A DNA stretch of 64,000 nt from the human T2T-CHM13v2.0 reference genome, Homo sapiens (GCF_009914755.1 NC_060931.1); one strand, 5' to 3'. Counted from the first letter of the stretch, positions 14,017 through 26,577 are shown. Numbers and translations are program-made. Notes: generated by a model not told the origin, from the letters alone.

Positions 14017-14814
14017 CTGTTAGAGGAAAAACACATATTCCACAGCATGCCTTGAGAAACAGAGTGTGGCTTGGTGGGCATCATGGGCATACGGGCAGGG
14101 GAGAACAAGTGCATCTTTTCATGAGCATCTAATACCTCCAACTTGGTGCTTTAGAGAAGTGTTTATTAAGAGTCAGTGGCCAGGGGCATAAGTACAACAC
14201 CACAATAGATTCTGTGACATTTACAGAATTCCACAAAAGAACCAGCTACTTCAGTGATGTTTTTCCAGAGCAAAGTGTCCTGAAAATTTTCTTCTTTTAT
14301 TTTACAAAGCCACGGATACAAAGTTATGCAAAAATCCATTCAGCACTGCTAAGACAATCAATCCTTGGTCAACTTTTTTCCCCTGTACCAGCTAAACTCT
14401 GGGACTGTGTTTGTGATCTGATTAAACAGGCATATTAGGCAACCACACGATTACTATTCCACAGCAAACACTGTGTAGTGAGCAAACCACAGGACCACTT
14501 TTGCTTCCAATTCCATCATTCACAAATGGGGACAACAACACTGTCCCAGATTCTAGCCCACAGAGACTGAGATAATGATGGGAAAAATGAAAGATTATTT
14601 GTATCTTGTCTCAGGCTAATGCAATATAATTTAGTTTGAGATCCATTATGCTGCAAAGATATCATGATAGAGTGAAATGGTTTTCAAATTTTTTTTTTTA
14701 GAGCAGAAATTTTTATCATAGGAAATTTTATGTAGTGCCCTAGCATTTGAGTCTAGTAAAGCCAAAACTATTCTAGTTGAAGCTGGACAGGGAGACCCAG
14801 AGCCCATTCCTCAT

Positions 14815-15000
14815 AGCAGTGTAAGAAGTACTGGTTAGAACATAGATCTACAAGTCAGAAGACTAGAGTTTCAGTCTAGGCTCTGCTCACGACTAGCATT
14901 TCCTGTAACTCATCTAAGTCTCAGTTTCTTCATCTATAAAATGGGAATAAGAATCTTTCCTGCTGTGACTCCCAAATGAGACAGAATACAAGTCTTTATT
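14815..15000 (+). mobile_element. MIR SINE
   Basis: 'tctcagtttcttcatctataaaatgggaataa' core. Confidence 0.65.
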
Positions 15001-16744
15001 AAGCACTGAGCAGGAATGTAAGGCACAACTGAATTTGCTTTGGTGACATTCTCTCCTTTCCTCAAGCCAAACAGTCCATAGGCCCATATTACCCTGTAGT
15101 CAAGGCTCACACATTCATCAGCTTCCACCTTAACTCTGGACTTGCCTTGACACTGAACTGCAGGCAACCTGTTCTCACACAGTGCTCCATTCTGAGGTGA
15201 GAAAGGTACTCATGCTTGTTGGGCACCTGCTATGAGCCAGGTAGTGCAATATGCAATTTTAGCTCATTTAACCTTCCTTCCTTCCTTCCTGAAAATAACA
15301 GCTTTTGGGGAAAGTATTAATGTCATCATTCCCATCATTCCCATCTTACAGAAGGGGAAACAACTCGTGGAGGTTACGTGTGGAATATGGGCACAGACTC
15401 AGGTTTTCCTTGTGCAAACTGCTTTGATTTACTCATGAGAAAAAAGAAAAAAGTTACATAAAAGGATAAGGCCATCTAACAGGGTATTCTAGTACTCCAT
15501 TAATACATTTTTTGAGGCTTAAGTGCCCTCAAACATTCTCTCATTTGATACTGTTCCAACTGAACATCTATAAAGCATAATATGGAAATTCAGTCCTAAT
15601 AATAGTTTGGGACATTTGTAAAGCCTTCCCTGTACAGGTCTCTTAGGGTCTCATTTCAGGCTTTCAGATCACTAAACTATTTATTATCAGCACTTAGCTC
15701 TATCTAAAATGGACTCAGTAAATTGCAGCTTTGAAGAACCCTGCACTGAGTGGAAAAGAAAGTGGGTAACTGCCAGGGAGCTGCACACAGCAATAAATCA
15801 CTGCTCCCAACTTCCAAGTCCAGGTGACAGGGTGCAGACAAAGGCACGGTACCAGAGGATGGAGAAAATCTGGGAGAAAGAGTTTTGGAATTTCATCAAT
15901 TCTTAGGTTATAGATATATGTATTTAAATAACAGTTTCACTAGGCCAGGGTTGAGTTATTAAAATGGAGTGGAGAATGCAGTGATGAAGACCAAGAGAAG
16001 GAAACAACTGAAGGAATTCTGAGTAATCTTAACTGATGCTTTATGACTTTTTTGTGTAAGACCCAGAGGTGCCTGTCACAACGCATTTCATCATGGAACC
16101 ATATTCTGAGGATGCACTATCAGAATAAGAGAATCTGCTGCTACAAGAGTTACTCCCCGCTTTTTTTTTGTTATAAGCCTCAAAGGACTACAAAACATGA
16201 CCAGGCAATGAAGGAAATGAGACAGCTCTTTCTTTCTTTCTATTGCACTACCCGGCTCATGGCAGGTGCCCACCAGCTCTTTCTTTTTCAAAGCAATTTC
16301 TTCTTTCCTGGCGAATGGACTCAGTAGCCGTAAAATTCATACACATTAAGAAAACATAAGTAAGCCCTACAGTATGTTTCTGTGGCCGATATCTGCCCTC
16401 TGGGGTAAGCCAGGTAATAACCCCATGGGCTATAACTGGGTTTTGAAATTCTGAGCTTGGGGTCAATCAGGCCAGGGTCATGGGTTTACTAGCTTTGCTT
16501 TGCTAAATATCTTTCTCATTCTATCCAAAGGTCTTGCCAATAAATAAAAGGAGGAAGATTAAAGGAGAGAAGATTTAAAGAGTGTGTGAAGAGCAATTCA
16601 AAGTCTAGCACTGTTTCTGGAAAACAATTTCAAGTTCAAGCCCAGTGAGGCCACTGCCATGCACAGAAGACAGACAGCACCATCAGACTGGTGAGATTCC
16701 TTCTTTGACTTGGGGTCTGCCCTACTGAGCAACTACCCACTGTC

Positions 16745-17665
16745 CATCTCTCTGCTGAACTCCAAGCTCATCTGTCTGACTGTCTAATTGGACGTCTCGT
16801 AGCTTCACATATCCAAAGCCGAACTTCTGATCCCCTGCTCCACTTGCTCTGTCCTTTAGTTGTTAAGGCCCCAAACCGTGAGTTCATCCTTGACTTCTCT
16901 CTTTCTCTTACACCCCTTAGGTATTTCCTAATCAATCAGGAAATACCTTTGTCCCTTCTCTTCAAAATGGATCTCATTTTCAGTACACTATAATCATTTC
17001 TCATCACCTCTTGCTTGGGTTATTAAAATAGCTTTCCCATTTGATTTCCCTGCTTCCAAAAACTTGCTTTCTTAGTGTCTATTTCCAATACAGCATCAGA
17101 GGGATTATTTAAACACCTAAGTCACATCACATCATTCCTTTGCTCAAAACCCTCCAATGGCTCCCCAACAAGGCCTTGTGTAATGGGGCTCCCTGCACTT
17201 TTCTGGCCTCACCTTCCGTTGCTCTCTCCCCCTCAGTTATTCTGCTCCAGCACACTGGCCTCCTCTTTATTCACTAAACACCCAGACCTGCTCCAACCTC
17301 AGGGCCTTTGCCCTGGTGGTTCTCCCTGTCTGGAGTACCCTTCTCCCAAATACCCACATGGCCTGCTCCCTTAGTCCCTTACAAGTCTGTACTCAATTGG
17401 CACCATCCTAATTAGAGACAGCTACTCTAACCAACCTATTTAAAACTGCACTCTATTTCCCTTATCTTGCTTTGTGTCTCCACTGCATGTATCTCCTCTT
17501 AACTTGCTGTCATCTTATTCACCATGTGTATTGTCTTTTTTCTCCCTACTAAAATATAATCACTGTAGGGGTAAGAAATATGTCTGTTCTCTTCACTGCT
17601 GAATTGCCAACACATAGAATAGTGTCTGGCACGTGGCAGGCACTCATTAGATATTTGTCAGCTGT
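16745..17665 (+). mobile_element. L2 (L2a-like) 3' fragment
   Basis: 'tgctcaaaaccctccaatggctccc', 'cctcagggcctttgc' and tail 'tagaatagtgtctggcacgtggcaggcactcattagatatttgt'. Confidence 0.8.
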
Positions 17666-20600
17666 CTGAACACTGAACATTGTCTAACTGACCAGACTGT
17701 CCCCCTTGCATTGGTTATGAGAAAGCTTTCAGTGAAGCATGCGGCTGATCTTTAGCGAGGATGCAGATTTGCAGGGTAGGTATCAGCTTTATTCCTGGCT
17801 TTGTTTTTGCTTTTCTTTCCCATGGATTTCTATTGTCCTTTCTAAGACAAGGGAGAGGCATATATTAATACAAATATATGCACAGTGTCAGTTTTATCAT
17901 TTACATATCAACAGTATCACAACTTGTTAAATTCTGGTTACGGGCTAATAAGACAGAACATTTCTTCAAGTGGATATTAGGTCCCAGGCATATGAAAAGT
18001 GCTTTTCATGCATGACTCTGTCAAATCCTTATGACGATCCAATGATGTAGACATTTTTGATATCTTCATTTTTAGAGATGAGAAAAGCAGGCTTAGAACG
18101 GATTACATAACTTGCTTACAGAGCCACATTTGTAAATGACTCCAGGTCAGTCTGATAGCAAATTGGGTCCAAGTTTTACACATTTTGCTTCCCTGCTTTC
18201 ACTGATGTTTGTCTTTACATCTCCCCTTCCTCTCCAGCATAGTGTTAAATGATCGATTTTTGGACTATTCAAGCTTTTTATATCCATTAACTCCAATTAA
18301 TTGGATGGACTTATCTTCCTTGGTAAGTTGCACTAAATAGGACATAACAAATACCTCCTCTTTGAAACAATTAGTCAAGAGCTAAGAAATAAAACAGAGC
18401 TTCTTCGACCCACTGAATATATATTCCCCCAAAATATTTATTCACATGGAGTTTACATTTTTCTTCTCAGAAAACGACCATTTTATAACAACAGGGTGTA
18501 TTGCTCAAGTGGTCTGCATGGAGCTGAGGTCTGCCACCATGCTGTGTGTGGCACACACAGAGGGAGGAGGGCAGCCTGATGGCTAGTGGGATTCCCCACT
18601 GGTGGTCAGGCCCCAGCCAAGTTGCTGTCCCTGTCTGCAAAATGAAAAGCTTGAACTGGATGGCCTTAAGGGTGATTTTCAGCTCGAAAATCCCAATATC
18701 CTAACCCTCAAGCTTGGGTTAGATCCAACTCCTCTGTGCTCTTCCTGTAACTAAGCAATGAGCCCAGTCTATGGTAAATCCCCCACCCCTAATCCTAGCC
18801 TGTGACAGAGGGAGACCAAGTGTCTCTGGGTCTCTGTCTGCCCCCAGCACCTTGAGCAGGGCCTGGCATGTAGGAGTTGTTCAGTAGATGTTTGTGAAAT
18901 GAAAAAATGAATGAAAACAAGCATACATGGTCTACTCCTCTATTTCTTTCTCTTAGGTGACTTGGTTTATCGTGTGAGCCATTCTGGCAGAAGTTAGACT
19001 TCATGTAACCCCATAATGAATTCCTGTCTAGTAGATCACTCTAATAGGCAAAACATATCGCAGCTACCCTCTGCCGGCTTCAGAGACTGGGGTCACTATC
19101 AAACTGGTCCCTGGCCCACCTGCTTAAATGCTGTGGCTCCTAACCACTCTTTGTGACTTTGCTGCAGCTACAGATATCAAGAACTCCAGTGGGCCATGGT
19201 ACTTCTTGGTCCATGGCCGAGGGATTATGCAAAAGCTACATCCATGCAGGAGATTTCCTTCATATTTGGATAGTTTCAAAGATAAGAGCATCTTATAATA
19301 AAGGGGAAAGAAACTTCAGAATGTCACAGGCAAAGTCTTAGGAAGTGAAGATATAAAGCCAAAATAGGAGTAAAATGTTCGTACTTGCCATGAAGTTAAT
19401 TAACATTCTTACTTGGAAAAAGTCAAGGTCAAACATAATTCATCAAACATAATTCAGAGTTACTTGGCTTTAACGGAAGTGATTCCTCAAGTCTCCCTTC
19501 AGGTTTTAAGACTTATTATGGAAAGCATAATAAAGTGTCCTACGTTTATACATCTGCTGAACCATGTTATGAAATCCAGTACACTGTAGGCCCTGGGATG
19601 GGGCAAGGAGCCATTGTCCCTCTTTGCAGGTGAGAAACTGCATCTCTGAGGAGCCAGTCACTTATCCAAAGTGCATCCTGCTTGGTGTTTCTAGCTGTTA
19701 CCGTCTTCTGGCTGAGGACCAATGCAAAACCCCAGTGGTGCCTCTTGTCAAGGCTAGCTGGTGCTCATGCAGGTATGACTTAGGTTTTGCAATGATGAAG
19801 CCAAAGCGCCTTGGAAGCATTTTCCCTGCCCCGCTAACTAACTTCATGCCAACTAGTCTGAAGGGTTCTACTCCACAGTTTCCAACAGTGCTTCTTAAGA
19901 TTGGAAAACAAATGTACGGTAGATGTTACTGCTTAGCTATTGTCCTTTTAGACCTGTGCACTTTTTAAACCTCATTTCAGTCTCTCACATTGCAAAGAAG
20001 CTAGGGCAGGGCAAACACAATATTAGCTGAGGGGTCAGTAGACTCGAGGCTCAGTCCCGGCTCTTCCACTTGTTGGCATGGTCTTCACCCCTCCAGACTA
20101 GCCTTTGCATAGGAGTAAGACCTGCCTATCCTAGCCTTTGCATGGGAGTAAGGCCTGCCCATCTCACAGGGACGTAAAGAAATGAAATAGCAAGAAGGGT
20201 GCATTACAAATTGCCAAGCATTATAAGTGTCAAATACTGGAGAGCAACAAACAAAAAGGGAAAGAATCAGAAACAGAAAGAGAGCAGGTGTGTGTGGTGG
20301 GGGAGCACTGCCTTCAGAATTAAAACTATGTTACAAGTTGGCTTCATGCAAAAGCTCAGAAGAAGCTGTGTCCAGTCTTCTGAGGACAAAATGAGAATAA
20401 ATATCAAACACATATGCCTTTCCCTGTGTTTTTCCTCTTTAAAATATACGGGTAACAAAATTGACCCAGCTCTTAGAACAGGAGAAAGGAAGAGAAACAG
20501 AGCAGTTCTAAGAAAAGATGAAGCAAGCAAAATACCCCTCATGTGTGAGTTCAGAACACTTCAAAGATTGGAATACATGACATTTTGCAATGGTTGCAAG

Positions 20601-21197
20601 TGGCATTCCTTGCAAAGTCCTGTGAAGTGGGGCTTGCTGCCTCCCCACTGTAGGAATGTAGGTTCACAGTCATGAGGGCCATATAGCATGCTCCGATGCC
20701 AACCAGTGCCAACAGGGCAAAGAGGAGGTAGTTCACTCTCTTCCTCTCAAGCTCTCACTCCCACTCATTTAGATTCATGCTACTTTCATTTTCATAGTGC
20801 TTTAATGAATGGGCCTCACTCTGGCTGGCTCACAAGGTCTTGCTATTCAAAGGGCACCCACATGAAATATAGTTTTACTGGTCAAAGAGAAAAAAAATTG
20901 TTCCAAGTGTTGGAAAAGGTCCAAACTTTTAATCTACAAATCCCTGGAGGACTTGTCACTAACAGGGCCAGCTCCTGGTTTAGATCCATTCTTCCAGCAA
21001 CTGGCCCACTCCACTCAGCCCAGCCCTTCCTCAAGGAGCTGCTGAGACTCCCCTAACTAAATGGAGATACTTGGAATGTCTTCTGCTGGCCTTCCCTGAG
21101 GAGCTCACAACACAGCCCAGCTTCATGACAGGCGGTCATTCTAGAAATAGTGGGTTAGAGTCTTTTGGGAGATAGAAGTCAATACTGGGTAACTTAC

Positions 21198-21361
21198 AAA
21201 ATCGGGCGGGACTGGAAATCTTCCTGGTTCATCCTCTCGGACTGGCGGATTTTCAGGATCTCAGTGTAGCTCAGGTTCTGCAGTTTGCTCTTGAACTGGT
21301 CCAGGGAGCTAGGCTTGGTTGTAAGTGCTCTCATAACCTGCTCCTTCACCACCTGCATTAC
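21198..21361 (-). CDS. ELMO1: ELMO1 coding exon (164 nt; probably exon 17), [54 protein letters not shown](L)
   Basis: Minus strand reads cttcag|GTAATGCAG...CCGATTTT|gtaagt. The translation matches recalled ELMO1 protein. It ends in phase 2 (TT), completed by the first G of the next exon. Confidence 0.97.
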
Positions 21362-22179
21362 CTGAAGATGAAAGGAAGACCATCATTTTCCTGGGGGCTG
21401 ACCTTTCCCATTCAGAAAAGTCTTTCCGAGTTAAGGGCTCCCTGCTTCCCTGGTGCCCTCTGCACGCATGCTCAGCATTAACCTTGAGCATGCTTTTCCA
21501 AAACAGTCAACTTCCATTATGCCCATCTTCCATTTTCTCTTGCATTGCTGGAACACAAGGAAGGAAATGGATTGATAACAGGGAACTGGTGGGGTGGGGA
21601 AGCTCAGGGTGGGAGGTGTACTCCACTTGCTTGACACATTATGTGACTGCTGCTGACTCAACACTGTAAACAATGCTAACTCAAGAGTCAGGAATGAACG
21701 AAGGCCAAGCAGCAGCTAAAGCCCTGCATAGTAATTATTTTTTTCCAGGAGAAAATCGCTGAGATACAATTAACTGTGGAAGTTTGGCTGGAGCTGGTTC
21801 AAATGAATGTGAACAGATACTCACACTCCCCTCTCCCAGACTGCTTTCGCCATGTAGTTAGGGCTTGAGTGTTCATACTAATTACGCATTTGGAAATGTA
21901 CATGTGATATTGCCTCTTTGAGCCTGGCACTAAAAAAAGAGGTTTATTAAATTAGAACAGACATATCCCACTGGAAGCTTCAAGAAAAAAGAAGAATACT
22001 GTAATTTTCTGCCTCAGGACAGTGCTAGCCCACAAGGAGGCAATTAACCACTGCCTCTATTAATGTGGGTTCATCTTCATCAGGATGCATACAGCACGAA
22101 AAGACCAGAAAAAACACAGAAGCATCTCAGAGCTTGCTGCTTCTTTTTTCACTCTCCATTACAGGTGATAGCAACAAGT

Positions 22180-22400
22180 GATACCATTTATAGGTATCTA
22201 TGTGCCAGATGCTGTGGTAGGTGCTTTATCTATGTTTTCTTTCTTTATCCACTCAAACCTATGAGGTAGATATTACCATCAAGTCCACTTTACATATGAA
22301 GAAACTGAGGCTTTGAAACTTTAAGAAACTTCAAAATCATACCATTGGTCATTAAGTGGCTGAACTGGGACTGGATATCAGGATTGTAAACACCCGACTA
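22180..22400 (-). mobile_element. MIR SINE
   Basis: 'cctatgaggtagatatta..tttacatatgaagaaactgaggct'. Confidence 0.75.
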
Positions 22401-23664
22401 TGCTGCCACCCATGCCACCATTCTTCGTGTCATTTGGGAACTTAAAAATAAGACAAACCAGAGATGCACCCTGCTATATGTTGAATTCTGTGCTAGGCAG
22501 TTTGCTGTTTATTACCTTATTTAATCCTCCCTCCAATACAGTGGAGGAGGTGCTAGTATCACTATGTAAAAGATAAGGAAACCGACTGAGAAAGGATTGA
22601 TGACTTGCCCCAAGTCACATATATGTAGTTGAATCCTAGGATCCCAAGCAACCCACGAAGATGGATTTGGCATAGATTTGATGTTGAACGAATATGCATA
22701 TGATATATTTCTTGCCTTCCGTGAACTAATGGTCTCATAAGAAAGGTGGACATGGCCAAGGATCATTATAATAGAAGTGCACAAATGATAGAGATGACAG
22801 ACTGATGGACTCTGTTGGCAGGTAGATAGGCTTTTCATTGAAGACATTTCATGGGAATGGAAATAGACAGATAATCTGGAACACCACTGTGTATTAGCTG
22901 CTTTGAACCTGGGTTGCATCTGAATTGGAACGAACTGCATAAGCATTGTTTCATGCCCCCAGCATAATGTCATACAGGCAAATTTCCAGTTGATCTTTCA
23001 CCAGATCTGCTGGTTTTTTGTTTGTTTTTTTTTTAACTTAGGCAAAATGCCAAATTTGGGATGCTTGACAAATTTGGAAATTGTGATCATCTTACATCAT
23101 GTGGCATAAATGATTAAATTTGGTCAAGGTTGAACTATAATGCTTTGCTGTATCATATGACGGGCACCATAGGGGTGCTGCTTTGCCCACTTAGAGAGAC
23201 TTAGAATTGAGCCAAGGAGATCATTACTGTTTCCCAATGATATCTGGCTTTCTTGTGGGAGGCTGGACATGGTGAGAGACAAAGATATAGTGAAAAGAAT
23301 ACCAAAAATGAAGATATGATTTTTAAATAGAATCAGGTTAAAGCTAAGAGTTATAGAGTGACCTCCACTCCCCTCATTTTACAGATGAAGAAGATGATTC
23401 CCTCATGTCATGTGTTTCTTAAGGGGCTGTCACAGAGATGATGGTGTTTACACCACATCTGCCTAGACACAGCACTGGGCCTAAGTGGGCACGTGACCTG
23501 AACTGACCAATCAAAATCCTTCCCCAGACTTTTCTGCCACGTCTTGAGGCAGACCTGAAGCATGCTCTCTTTCCCTCAGATTGAGAGCTGTGAGACTATG
23601 TCCCTTCACATATAGGAAAGGGGAAGATAATGAGACCAATGTCAGTAGTAGGACAAAGAAAACA

Positions 23665-23667
<3 letters not shown>

Positions 23668-23708
<41 letters not shown>

Positions 23709-23716
23709 TGTGTGTG
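23668..23716. repeat. (GT)n microsatellite, about 24 units with one interruption
   Basis: Seen directly in the sequence. Confidence 0.95.
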
Positions 23717-26048
23717 AAAGAGTGTTAATGGTTAAGCCTTGTTCAACTGTAAAGGTGACTCAAGCCCTGCATTTCATTGTTTGGTTACAAGAGCCTTTTC
23801 TTTTTTTTTTGTAAGATGGCTTGGATGATAGTTTGTTCCTGTCACGTGCAACCAAAGAATCCCAACAAATACATATGGTGAAGTCCAAGAGGAGGACCAG
23901 CTGTGGGGCTGAGATTGTCCAGGGAAAGGGAGGAGTAGGAGAAGGAAGCTGGATGGAAATAGCAAAGTTAATTCAACAAGTGACTTTTAAAAATCGCCTG
24001 CATTTACAGGCTCATGGGTGCACCTCTGCAAGGAAATCATGATGATCCCTTATGGAATGTGGGGAACTCTTTAACTCCTATTTATAGATTAGGCTTAAAA
24101 TCCACTCCTAGAGCCCCATTCCTCTAGCTTAAGACTTTGAACCTTGCTAGATGCAAGAATACATAAGTAGAGCAATCCTTTGAATTTTCCCCAAATCACT
24201 TATAATTCAGTTTGAAGAAAGTATAGAACTTTTCCTAAGACTAGGTTGATAGGCAGAAGGAAAAAGCAGGCACCTGGCCCCAGAGGAAGGGATATAAGCA
24301 GTGGGTATAAAGCACAGGACAGAGGTTGGTGGAGTCAAAGACTAGCTTCACCTACTTCACTTCACAGTTTTGTTGGCAACAGCCCTGAGAAGTTCTATGG
24401 TCACTCTGCATGTCAAGGAAAATAACCTCTGTGAAAGGTATCATTAAATTTTTTAAGAAGACAAAAGAGTTACATAAGTCAAACATTCCTCTGTGCCTTT
24501 GCAATTTAGCTACAAGGTTTACAACTGATAGCTTTATGTCTCTGTTAATGTTTCACATGTGCAAGACATTCACAAATCAAGACATTCACAACCACCATCC
24601 TTAACTCTATCTTCTTTAGAAAACATCACACCCTTTACCATTTGTTTGAAAAACCCACAGACGGTGTTGCGGAGACATCAGAAAATCAATGGAATTAAAC
24701 ACAGACATCAAAGAAAGCACGCTCTTAGAATCTGCATTTGTTGTTGGTATTGCCCCATCATTCAATCGATGTCTGGACCATGTCAGTGGTGTGTTTCTGA
24801 AGTCTTCTTAGCCCATATTTTCTGTAATAATGTTACACATTACAAAAAAAGTGAGAGTCCCACAAGACATTTGTACTTCAAATGGAGAAATCCTTTTGGC
24901 TCCTTGGAAGACCGGGTTAAAGGTACAAGCACAGGAGGTTCCTAAATGGAATCAAGCATTCTGGCAAAGTCCACCTATGTCCCCTGCTCTCACTGTTGGT
25001 CATGTAAATGCGCTCCTGTGTTTTATTGCAAGACCTACTGAGGCTCCACGTGCTCCTTGTCTAATCACTTCTCCCATCCTGCCTTTAACCCACAACCTTC
25101 ATCCAGCATCATTTATCCATTTCTTCAACAAATGTTTTGTGAGCACCTACTCAGTGCAAGGAATGACGCGACACTGGAGGCCCTGTGCCGGATGAGCTCT
25201 CAGCCTGGGACAGTGGAAAGACACATACTTGCCTCACCCAAGGGAAGACGCGATGTCACAGGGGAGCAAGGGGTCAGGTGTTCACTCCATGAACACTCAT
25301 GGAGGCCCTCCCAAAGGGCTGAGGGCATAGCACCAGGGCTTTAGCTGGGGCTGGTGGAAAGGCCACATGCAGACAGGCTGAGGTGCAGGGGAGGGGCCAT
25401 TCTTGGTGACAGCAGCAGCCTGAGTGAAGGCTTGGAGGGGGAAGGAGAACATAGCCATGGGTGGGGAAGTGTTCAGCGGTCTTGTTTAGTTGGAGAAATG
25501 AGGGAGCTGCAAGGTGTGGTTGAAAGGCAAGTTGAGTCAGATGGGGGATGGCTTTGATGGCTAAAATGAAAAATTTGGATTTTTTTGTTTCTGTAACCAA
25601 GGATATGTCACTAGAGGACTTTGGGGTCTGTGAAGGAATTTGATAATATAAAGTATGTTGGGACGCTTACAAAGTAGTCCTTATTCCTGCTCTAGTTGAG
25701 GCAAGGAGGGGATGTTACAGAAGTCTGCATGGCTGAGACAACATTTTGCTTGGAGGATGAATGGGAGTTACTCAGGTGAAGAAGAGGGAGAAGGGAATTC
25801 TAAGCAGAAGGAGCAGCATGAGCAAAGGCAAGGAGGTAGGAAGTACATGCTTCAAGCATGAAAGAAAACATGCTTTTGGAATCTACATTAGTAGCTTTTG
25901 GCAAACAGACAGGTACTAGCTGCAGTATGGCTTCTCAGCCTTTAGAACCCAACACGTGATTTTGAATCCAGCATGCATGTTTCCTGGGGCTTTGACCTTC
26001 CTTAAGATACTTAATCTCTCTCAGACTCATTTTTACTATCTTTACTCA

Positions 26049-26050
<2 letters not shown>

Positions 26051-26093
<43 letters not shown>
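26051..26093. repeat. Pure T43 homopolymer
   Basis: Seen directly in the sequence. Confidence 0.95.
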
Positions 26094-26096
<3 letters not shown>

Positions 26097-26409
26097 ACTC
26101 CTAAACTAGGAGTACTAATCATTTAGAATTCAAAAAGTTTTAAATTGGATAATGCCCCACATCCTTTATGGTACATACTGGATATCTGGCAAATGTAAGT
26201 TCCTCCTTCTAAGCCTTAGTTTGCTCATTGTAGAGTGCTAGTAATAATACGAAATTCACAGGGTTGTAAAATCTAAAGAAAATATTATAGCCAAAGTACC
26301 TAATATACTGAATAGAACATATTAGACACTCAACAAATGTCAGTTCTGTTACAATCCCAGAAGGAAATTACATATGTAAGAAGCTTCTCCTATAAAAATA
26401 TTTTGGACA

Positions 26410-26577
26410 GGGTATTCCTGGGCCACACTTGCATCAGCTGGCCACTTGGTAGGAATGCAACTTTGTGGGCCCACCCTAGATCTACTGAATCAGAAATGCT
26501 AAGAGTGGCACCCAGCAATCTGTGTTAACAGCTCTCTAGGTGATTTTAATGCATGCTCAAGTATGAGAACCACCGAT
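26410..26577. mobile_element. MER5A-like DNA transposon
   Basis: 'cccaccctagatctactgaatcagaaa..cccagcaatctgtgttaaca..ggtgatttt..gagaaccac'. Confidence 0.7.

Noticed and set aside
13779-14141. 120-aa ORF as a stand-alone gene
   Set aside because: Only 13904-14016 is ELMO1 coding sequence. The flanks are intronic read-through past canonical splice sites.
20199-21056. Longest ORFs of intron 17 (158 and 122 aa, + strand)
   Set aside because: No recognisable domain or splice structure. Lengths are within chance for 64 kb read in six frames with alternative starts.
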